Of a stretch of DNA of 64,000 bases, positions 56,873-64,000 are shown piece after piece. The notes beneath the pieces were generated by a model. It had not been told where the DNA came from and searched no databases. It was given only the letters and a program-made list of their open reading frames with translations. Positions within the stretch are counted from its first letter, which is position 1; the number at the start of each line of letters is the position of its first letter. Source of the DNA: Parcubacteria group bacterium (GTDB taxonomy: Bacteria; Patescibacteriota; Minisyncoccia; Phycocordibacterales; UBA2100); contig CALRGX010000005.1 of the NCBI GenBank assembly GCA_943358385.1, positions 2,886 through 66,885 on the forward strand, written 5' to 3'. Made by a program: the position numbers and the translations under genes.

Positions 56873-57460
56873 ATGAATCGCGTGTTTATTGTGCACGGCT
56901 GGGCGTCTTCGCCTGAGGATGCGTGGTTTCCGTGGCTCAAAATCGAGCTAGAGAAAAACGGTTGCTTGGTCGAGGTTCTCTCGCTACCTGAACCCAAGCG
57001 ACCTGCGCCCGATGCGTGGATTGCCGCCATACAGGATGCGGTTGGCACCGTGGATGTAGACACGTATTTCGTGTCCCACAGTTTGGGCTGCCGTGCCACT
57101 GCACTTTTTTTGCAATCGCGAGCAGAAGGTGAAGTGGCAGGTGGAGCCGTGTTTGTAGCCGGCTCATTCCTCCCACCAAAGGCACCCCACCCGCATCCTC
57201 TTGCAGAAGAAGTGCGCGCGAAGTGGAAGGAACACTCGGTAGAACCTGAAGGGCTTGCGGCTCACCTCAAACGCCTTATCGCCATATACTGCGAAGATGA
57301 TCCATGGGTGTCGTTTGAAAATGCTGCATTTTCAAAAAATATCCTCGGTGCAACATTGATTGTGGAAACAGGAAAAGGACATTTTCGAGGCAAGCACGAC
57401 GGCATCCTCGAGCTACCGTCGGCACGCGACGCAGTTGAATCTTTGATGTGCAAAGATTGA
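56873..57460 (+). CDS. RBBP9/YdeN alpha/beta hydrolase
   Basis: VHGW...WFPWL, SHSLG, DDPWV, GHF. Confidence 0.88.
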   Translation: MNRVFIVHGWASSPEDAWFPWLKIELEKNGCLVEVLSLPEPKRPAPDAWIAAIQDAVGTVDVDTYFVSHSLGCRATALFLQSRAEGEVAGGAVFVAGSFLPPKAPHPHPLAEEVRAKWKEHSVEPEGLAAHLKRLIAIYCEDDPWVSFENAAFSKNILGATLIVETGKGHFRGKHDGILELPSARDAVESLMCKD

Positions 57461-57515
57461 TGCCTTTTGTATTGGATGGTACGGTGCCTGCTGGAAAGCA
57501 ATGGAGGAATGTGAC

Positions 57516-58004
57516 ATGGAAGCAGCGTCAGGTGATGCGGGGTTTGGCACGGTCTTTTTGGCGCTCGTGTGTATCGCGATTGGATTCTACGCGTCGCGCG
57601 TCGTCAAGAACGTACACGCCGTCTCCGAGGGTGTAAGACATCTACGCGCATGGCGCTGGGTACAGCGGCCAATTATATTTGCGCCACCGCCACAGCTGCA
57701 CCAAGCGCAACAGACCATTCTGCGCAGTGATGAATACGAAGTCGCACTCACATCGAGTATGAAGCAAGGCGTTCGTCTGGCACTGCTTCAGGTGCGATTT
57801 TCTAACCGTACACTCTTCGAGTTTCAACTCTTCGATCACTTTGTGGCCGGCGTTCGGTACTATCCTCCAGGAGATAGGAAGAATGTAGCAACGCTCGGCA
57901 TGTTGATGCGTTGGTCTCATCCAGCAGAGTATGCAGCAGTGGAAAAGTTCTGCGCTACTTGTCTGGAAGAAGTTGCCCACTGGGAGAGCGGCTCGCAGCA
58001 CTGA
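57516..58004 (+). CDS. Membrane-anchored hypothetical protein (orphan cassette)
   Basis: GGAGG SD; N-terminal TM; hairpin at about 58028-58054. Confidence 0.6.
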   Translation: MEAASGDAGFGTVFLALVCIAIGFYASRVVKNVHAVSEGVRHLRAWRWVQRPIIFAPPPQLHQAQQTILRSDEYEVALTSSMKQGVRLALLQVRFSNRTLFEFQLFDHFVAGVRYYPPGDRKNVATLGMLMRWSHPAEYAAVEKFCATCLEEVAHWESGSQH

Positions 58005-58162
58005 TGCGTTCGTAAGCGTTTCTCGACACAGCGCCCCACTATGTGGGGCGCTGTTCTCATAGAACCCACCTACTCTAGGAATGCGGGGATTCTGGATAAG
58101 TTTGCAATACATGCATATGTGTGTTCTGATTAATATAGTCAACCAATCAATAGGAGTTTCCC

Positions 58163-58632
58163 ATGGAAACCGTGTTGCTTCTCGGAAAGTCATGGCTCGT
58201 TTTAGCGGGTGGTGTGGTCACGCTATTCATACTGCTCTACGCCTTTACTACGCATCGCACATGGGCGAGCAGCCGCATCATTTCTCCTGAGATGGCGCGG
58301 TTAAAAATGATGGCTAGTCGGTCGTGTCTTGTGCGTACCAATGGTGCACGCGACTGGTTCACCCTGGAAAACGTAGATCTGCTCATCCGTTGCCACTCAC
58401 CGATTATACGGAAGGCGTGTATGTGGGCACCATAGTGGTGCTTTACAAACAAGAAGCTGCCTATTGGATTTTTTCGATGGCAGGCGACGAGTGCCAGCAA
58501 ATAACCCTGGTGCACGCTGACTATCGGAAGACCAGGTTGCTCGCCCTCGACTTGCGGTCGCGCTATCCTGCAGCTGCAGATGCGCTCACTGAGCTCACTC
58601 ATCAGTGGGGGTTACTCGGGCGAACCGAGTAA
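58163..58632 (+). CDS. Membrane-anchored hypothetical protein, apparently frameshifted near 58395 (orphan cassette)
   Basis: AGGAG SD; overlapping ORFs 58163-58435 and 58324-58632; hairpin at about 58652-58679. Confidence 0.5.
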
Positions 58633-58691
58633 CGTTGAGTACCCGGGCAACAAGAAGCCCCGCACACTGCGGGGCTTCTCTTATTCACACC

Positions 58692-59195
58692 CTATCGGCT
58701 CTTCACTTTCAGCTTAGTCTCCTTTGCTTTGTTTATTTTTGGCAAACGAATCACGAGGACACCATGCTTTTCGGATGCTTCTGCAGCGTCAACGTCAACC
58801 TCCTCAGGCAGAAGTATGGTGCGAGAAAAAGCACCCCAATACAGTTCACGGCGGAAATAGCCGTCTTCTTGTGCTTCACGATCATCTTCGCGCACGCCTT
58901 TGATGGTTACCATGTCGCGGGTGAGCACGATGTCAACATTACCTGGCATGACCCCCGCAATGAGTGCTTTAATCACCACAAATGCAGTGGTTTGATACAT
59001 ATCGATAGGAAGCTCCTCAGAACCTTCTTGTGCATCATCTTGCCATGTTTTTGATGTAGGGCGGGCTCGCGAAGCGACACGTTCATCTCGTGGGGTTTCA
59101 GCGCGTTCAGGCTCCTGCGGTTCGTCGTAAAAAGTATCGAATTCGTCTTGGTCGCCAGCGCCGGTGAGTCGTTCGAGTAATGATGGTTTTTTCAT
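58692..59195 (-). CDS. Hsp20/alpha-crystallin small heat-shock protein
   Basis: IDMYQT...VTIKG...RELYWGAFSRTILLP...GVLVIRLPK. Confidence 0.92.
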   Translation of the reverse strand: MKKPSLLERLTGAGDQDEFDTFYDEPQEPERAETPRDERVASRARPTSKTWQDDAQEGSEELPIDMYQTTAFVVIKALIAGVMPGNVDIVLTRDMVTIKGVREDDREAQEDGYFRRELYWGAFSRTILLPEEVDVDAAEASEKHGVLVIRLPKINKAKETKLKVKSR

Positions 59196-59211
59196 GGCGA
59201 ATGTAGAAATA

Positions 59212-59898
59212 CTAACGGTGGTGAATACGCTTCACAATCTCAATGGCCCCAAGAAGCGCAAGCACACCTACCCAGACAAGCGCAAACGTTCTGAAAATAT
59301 GCTCGCTCGGTGTGTTCAGTATAAGGAAGTTGAATAGGCTATGCAAAGATGCGGCGAGGATAACTCCGCCCACCGCAGCCATGCGGCGCACGTGCTTGGG
59401 TTTATAGAAGCTCAGCGCGAGGCACACACCGACCGCTGCGGATGAAAGAGTATGCAACAAAGTGGCGCCAATAAAACGAAGGTTGCCCGTCATCAGATTC
59501 GCCACCACACCGTCACCTGCAAGGGGGGAAACCAGAAACAGGGCATTTTCTGCAGCAGCAAAGCCAAGTGCGACCAACACCATATAAATCACCATATCAA
59601 TCGGCTCATCTACATCGCGGCGCCACAAAATAACGATACCGGCGAGTGCTGCCTTCACTATTTCCTCAATAAAGGACCACACGATAAACGTCAGTGTGGT
59701 GCCCACTACGAATGCAGCCACGCTCTTTTGTATGGGAATAACCACTGCAACGGCGATCATGCCTACCAAAAAGGCGAGTGCGATCAATTGGCGCGGCTCA
59801 GGGTGTGCACGATCTTCACGTAACCAAAACCATACCCACAGGAGTGCAGGCAGAAAACCACCACCCATGGCAACCGCAATAGAGCCAAATTCGGACAT
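59212..59898 (-). CDS. prsW: PrsW-family intramembrane glutamic protease
   Basis: HPEP, IEEIVK, GFAAAEN, LLH, LHSLFN. Confidence 0.88.
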   Translation of the reverse strand: MSEFGSIAVAMGGGFLPALLWVWFWLREDRAHPEPRQLIALAFLVGMIAVAVVIPIQKSVAAFVVGTTLTFIVWSFIEEIVKAALAGIVILWRRDVDEPIDMVIYMVLVALGFAAAENALFLVSPLAGDGVVANLMTGNLRFIGATLLHTLSSAAVGVCLALSFYKPKHVRRMAAVGGVILAASLHSLFNFLILNTPSEHIFRTFALVWVGVLALLGAIEIVKRIHHR

Positions 59899-59961
59899 GG
59901 GGAAAGTATAGCAAGAGAATGGTATGCAGATGGCGCCACCTGAAAGGTGGCGCCATGAAAT

Positions 59962-60102
59962 TCAGAGCTGCTGAATAAAGAAGCAAGGAACTGCTACTTC
60001 AGTATGCAGCATGATGTCGCCGCGACGAGTCCGAGTCACGATTCTCGGTTCTTCTCCAAATAGGTAGGTAAAGCAGTGGTCGCGATGGTTCGCTCTGTGC
60101 AT
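59962..60102 (-). CDS. 46-aa hypothetical peptide (orphan cassette)
   Basis: GGTGAGGA SD; hairpin at about 59930-59956. Confidence 0.45.
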   Translation of the reverse strand: MHRANHRDHCFTYLFGEEPRIVTRTRRGDIMLHTEVAVPCFFIQQL

Positions 60103-60162
60103 GGGGTCCTCACCAGTTAAATTACCTGAGAGGATTATGCAAGAAAACAACAAAAAAACAAA

Positions 60163-62322
60163 TTACTTTTTCGACTCAGGCCAGCGGGCGACCATGAGGA
60201 AATCAGTGTCCTTACCAGGCAACTTCTGCCAAATAGTTTCCGTTACAAACGGCATGAAGGGATGGAGCATCTTGATACTGGTCGTCAATAGATGGTGCAG
60301 TGTCCAGGCGCGCGATGCCAAGGCTACTTCATCCGCGCCAGCGAGAATTGGCTTGCTCTCTTGAATAATCTTTGCTGCCAAATTGTCCCATATGTAGTGA
60401 TAAAGCTTTTCTGCTGCGAGATGGAAACGGAATCCTTCGAGGTCGCTTGTTACATCAGCCACCACAGCATCAAGTTCTTGCACCAGCGTCTCGTCTGCAG
60501 GGGTCAGTGTTGGCTTATCTTTGGGAAGCTTGCTCGAAGTACCTTCCAAAATGAAGCGGGTAATGTTCCACAGCTTGTTGGCGAATTTTTTGTATGCACC
60601 GATTTTTTGCGGATCGAGGTTGAGGTCCGTGCCAGGTGTGTTGCCTACGATGAGTCCCATACGGAGTGCGTCGGTCCCATACTCGTCACATACGGTCGCC
60701 GGGGCGATGACGTTACCCTTGCTCTTGCTCATCTTCACACCCTTAGCGTCGCGAACCAACCCGTGCAGGTACACTTTCTTGAACGGGACGTCTCCTGTGC
60801 GATATATACCGAGCATGATCATACGTGCCACCCAAAAGAAAAGAATATCTGCACCGGTTTCCATTACGGAAGTAGGGTAGTGACGCTTGAAGTCGGGGCT
60901 ATCAGGGTAGCCGAGCGTTGCAAATGGCCACTGGCCCGACGAGAACCAGGTGTCGAAAGTGTCGGGGTCTTTCACCAACTGACCTTTGCAGGTAGGGCAG
61001 GTGGTCAGCGCATCGTCTATATCCACAAATCCATCGTTGCAGCCAGTGCATAGTTTTGCTGGAATCGGAATGCCCCACACCACTTGGCGAGAAATGTTCC
61101 AGTCTTGGATGTTCTCGAGCCAATGCATAAATACTTTTTCGTGCTGCTCGGTCAGAATGTGGACGCGCTTTTCACGCACGGCATCCATCGCTTTCTCTGC
61201 AAGCGGCTGCATTTTTACGAACCACTGAGCTTTTACCTGCGGCTCAATTTCGCGGGCACATTTGTAGCAGACAGGCACTTCGTTTTGATACTTCTCATCC
61301 ATTCCTTCCACCAGTCCCTTTGCTTTGAGTTTTTCGATAATCTTTCCACGGGCTTCGGTGATAGCCATACCTGCAAATTCTCCTGCGATAGGGAGGAGCT
61401 TTCCTCGCCAATCAATTATTTGTTCAAATGGCAGGTTGTGACGCTGAGCGATTTCAAAGTCGATACCAGAGTGCCATGGTGTGATGGTCATAACACCGCT
61501 GCCGATGGTCGGGTCGCTCGCTGCATCTTTGATAACGGTTGCCGTGATAGGGCCGTTGATCCACTCGAGCTCAATCTGCTGCCCATGGGTATACGACGCA
61601 TAGCGTGCATCCTCGGGATGCATCACGACGTACTTGTCGCCAAATTTTGTCTCCGGGCGCACGGTGCCGATGGTGAATGGGCCATACTTCAGGTAGTAGA
61701 AAGGTGTTGTGCGCGTCTCGCGTTCCGTTTCCAAATTCGAGAGGGAAGTCTGATGCTTCGGGCACCAGTTCACAATGCGAGCGCCACGATACAGCAACTT
61801 ATCGTCAGAAAGTTTCTTAAAGGTGTCGTACACGGTCGTGCGTACACGATCATCCAAGGTGAAGAGTTCACGGGACCAATCGCACGATGCACCCAGCTGG
61901 CGGATTTGACCCTCCATGAATGTTTTGTTGGCGAGCGTGAAATCAAGAATTTCTTTGTACAGTTCCTCCGGTTTCATATCGAAACGCGAGCGACCTTCCT
62001 TTTCAAGTTTCTTTTCGTACACCACCTGCGTTTCAAAACCTGCATGATCAGCACCTGGGTACCACAGCGCTCGCATACCCTTCATACGGGCAAAACGAAT
62101 CATAATGTCCTGAAGTGTTACGAACAGCGCGTGCCCGGCGTGGAGGCTGCCGTTTGCATTCGGCGGAGGCATGATAATCGTGAATGCTTCCTGAGGGTTG
62201 CCAGGGAGGTGGTCTGGGTTGAAGTACCCGCTCTTTTCCCATGCAGTGTAAATGCTGCTTTCCGTAGCTTTTGGGTCGTAGGGTTTGAGGAACTCCTCGG
62301 GAATATTAAAGCGGTTGTCCAT
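60163..62322 (-). CDS. valS: Valine-tRNA ligase (short form)
   Basis: PPPNANGSLHAGH, DWNISRQ, DTWFSSG, KMSKS; ends without the coiled-coil domain. Confidence 0.96.
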   Translation of the reverse strand: MDNRFNIPEEFLKPYDPKATESSIYTAWEKSGYFNPDHLPGNPQEAFTIIMPPPNANGSLHAGHALFVTLQDIMIRFARMKGMRALWYPGADHAGFETQVVYEKKLEKEGRSRFDMKPEELYKEILDFTLANKTFMEGQIRQLGASCDWSRELFTLDDRVRTTVYDTFKKLSDDKLLYRGARIVNWCPKHQTSLSNLETERETRTTPFYYLKYGPFTIGTVRPETKFGDKYVVMHPEDARYASYTHGQQIELEWINGPITATVIKDAASDPTIGSGVMTITPWHSGIDFEIAQRHNLPFEQIIDWRGKLLPIAGEFAGMAITEARGKIIEKLKAKGLVEGMDEKYQNEVPVCYKCAREIEPQVKAQWFVKMQPLAEKAMDAVREKRVHILTEQHEKVFMHWLENIQDWNISRQVVWGIPIPAKLCTGCNDGFVDIDDALTTCPTCKGQLVKDPDTFDTWFSSGQWPFATLGYPDSPDFKRHYPTSVMETGADILFFWVARMIMLGIYRTGDVPFKKVYLHGLVRDAKGVKMSKSKGNVIAPATVCDEYGTDALRMGLIVGNTPGTDLNLDPQKIGAYKKFANKLWNITRFILEGTSSKLPKDKPTLTPADETLVQELDAVVADVTSDLEGFRFHLAAEKLYHYIWDNLAAKIIQESKPILAGADEVALASRAWTLHHLLTTSIKMLHPFMPFVTETIWQKLPGKDTDFLMVARWPESKK

Positions 62323-62362
62323 CCAGCTATCCTACATGAGCCACCTCGTGCTGAAAAGCCTA

Positions 62363-63838
62363 TTATTTTGCGCGACAGGCAGTCGTATCTGTGGCGCTCG
62401 GCAATGAAGTGCACAGCGCGTCTATCTCTTCGTACGAAAATTGAGACAAGAGGCGGCCACGGATACCACCAAAGCAGCTCTTGCGGCCCAGTGACCCGGG
62501 AGTATACAGCGAACAAAATTCAACCATGCGGTCAAACTTCTTTTCTGGAGTGATGCCATTGTTGAAACCGGTAAGGATACCTTCCATGCAAATGGTGAGC
62601 AGTTCCTTCCTCGGTAATTTTTCACAGGTGGCGTGGATGCCCTTAATATCTAGATGGGCGATCTTGCGGCGCACTTCATCATCGATGATGCCGTACACGC
62701 CTGCGCTCTGATCTTCAATCCTGGGGAGCGTTGTCATGTATACCAAGCCTTCTTCAAACGAAAGTAGGTTGCGATTGCGCACGTACCCCGTTGCAATCTC
62801 TGTGTAGCAGACGCTTCTATATGGCGGCGATAGGGTCGAGCATACCGCTGTTGGATTGTTGTCTGAAAAACTCAGTTTATACAAATCAGAACCATACGCA
62901 ATTGAAAGAGCATTAAATATGCCCGAGCCGCAGCGCTCACGTTTGTGCTCTTCGGTCGTTAAGCGTTCGCATTCAGTAATACTTTTAGCCACCATCTTGG
63001 GTGCATCGCCCCACAGAGTGCCGTCGAGTGAATCAAAAATAGCGTGGCCCATGCCGTGATAGCAGCCAGCGCGGGCCTCGTCGGCTGCGTGTTTATTTTC
63101 GAATCTGCCCGGTTCGATCAGTGAGTCACAGTACCGGGCGCCTTCTTCGAGCCTACCTACACCGTACTCGCGCGCCATTTCTTCCACGAACCCGTGGTAA
63201 AAGCCAAAGCCGCAGTACCCCGTTTCAGGGAGTGTCACTACCGTGTCGTGGTCTTTGAATTCATGAAATGCTTCCACGCCTAATATGTGCGTCACGTCAT
63301 GGCAGTTGCGTTGAAATTCAGGATCCTCAGTGTACCAAAGGCGAAATTGGTCGAAGGCTGCAGTAAGTCCAGTATCGTCAATAATTTTTTTCAGATCAGC
63401 TTCCCAACAAACAGCTCTGATGGTGTCGGTATTGGTGCGGAGGCAGCTCTCGATGGTCTCGCCGTCATCACCTGCGACAAAAATGGTGCCATGAAATTGT
63501 GACGCCATATGATCGTGAAGGGGCCAGACACCTGGCTCCATGAAAGTAAACGACCACTCGCCACGCGGAGGAACTTCTGTCTTGGGGTCGAAGGCTGGGT
63601 AGCGTGTGTGATTCGGATGCGAGTCAGATGCTGGCCAAAAGGGAAGGTCGATGTCGGACACAAAACGCACGGTGTCACCCCTCTGTAGATAGACCTTGGT
63701 CGGCACAAAACCAGATGCAGTGCGTGTGATGGTGACCGTTTTGGGGAGCTGTTCGCGCAGTGTCCACGCGTATGCTGCAATCAAGGTGAGCACCATGATA
63801 GCAAGGACTATTGTTGGTTTCGTCCAAGCGATACGCAT
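62363..63838 (-). CDS. Exported cupredoxin-like domain plus Cys/His helical-repeat protein
   Basis: N-terminal TM; WPASDSHPNHTRYP...HDH; CHDVTHILG, CGFGFYHG, CYHGMGHA repeats. Confidence 0.7.
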   Translation of the reverse strand: MRIAWTKPTIVLAIMVLTLIAAYAWTLREQLPKTVTITRTASGFVPTKVYLQRGDTVRFVSDIDLPFWPASDSHPNHTRYPAFDPKTEVPPRGEWSFTFMEPGVWPLHDHMASQFHGTIFVAGDDGETIESCLRTNTDTIRAVCWEADLKKIIDDTGLTAAFDQFRLWYTEDPEFQRNCHDVTHILGVEAFHEFKDHDTVVTLPETGYCGFGFYHGFVEEMAREYGVGRLEEGARYCDSLIEPGRFENKHAADEARAGCYHGMGHAIFDSLDGTLWGDAPKMVAKSITECERLTTEEHKRERCGSGIFNALSIAYGSDLYKLSFSDNNPTAVCSTLSPPYRSVCYTEIATGYVRNRNLLSFEEGLVYMTTLPRIEDQSAGVYGIIDDEVRRKIAHLDIKGIHATCEKLPRKELLTICMEGILTGFNNGITPEKKFDRMVEFCSLYTPGSLGRKSCFGGIRGRLLSQFSYEEIDALCTSLPSATDTTACRAK

Positions 63839-64000
63839 CCGAACATTTAATCATGCGCACACGGCATGGCTTCATTGACATGCAATGTCAGAGTGGTACT
63901 GTCTAAAAAGCGGGTACGGTAAGCACACGCGATCGTCCCCCCGAAGAGCGGCCTTTGTCTGCAATCAGCACAGTCTCCACACTTTCTTTCAATGGAGATT

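Noticed and set aside
61084-62553. Long antisense ORFs (here, and at 8684-9688, 13528-14322, 15880-16620, 21144-21905, 60292-61053)
   Set aside because: They are shadows of better-supported genes on the opposite strand and have no recognisable motifs.

Overview
This 64 kb window looks like chromosomal DNA from a small-genome Patescibacteria/CPR organism (Parcubacteria-like). That placement is inferred from the shortened ValS and pyruvate kinase, the Fe-S-less glycosylases, and the leaderless, SD-free core genes. Housekeeping content includes dinB, nth, mutY, rnj, secG, groES/groEL, a dehydrogenase-glycerate kinase-enolase-pyruvate kinase operon, lemA, htpX, pgsA, msrB, a class II RNR, rnpB, murJ, lepA, an ftsB-like gene, hsp20, prsW, valS and four tRNAs. 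Five things stand out. (1) A complete circularly permuted, two-piece tmRNA gene with Alphaproteobacteria-type hallmarks and an unusual tag. (2) An RcdA/DUF1465 homolog, the alphaproteobacterial CtrA-proteolysis adaptor. (3) About 17 dispersed orphan genes that carry Shine-Dalgarno motifs and mostly their own terminators, while the core genes checked, including groES/groEL, are leaderless or SD-free; together with (1) and (2) this suggests a set of host-derived or host-directed genes. (4) A family of palindromic elements anchored on the 3' ends of tRNA-Gly, tRNA-Ser and possibly RNase P RNA, carrying antisense and sense copies of its own target. (5) An AT-rich copper island at tRNA-Ser with an unannotated 27-aa, 9-Cys metallothionein-like gene beside csoR. 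All family calls come from motif recognition; no database searches were run.
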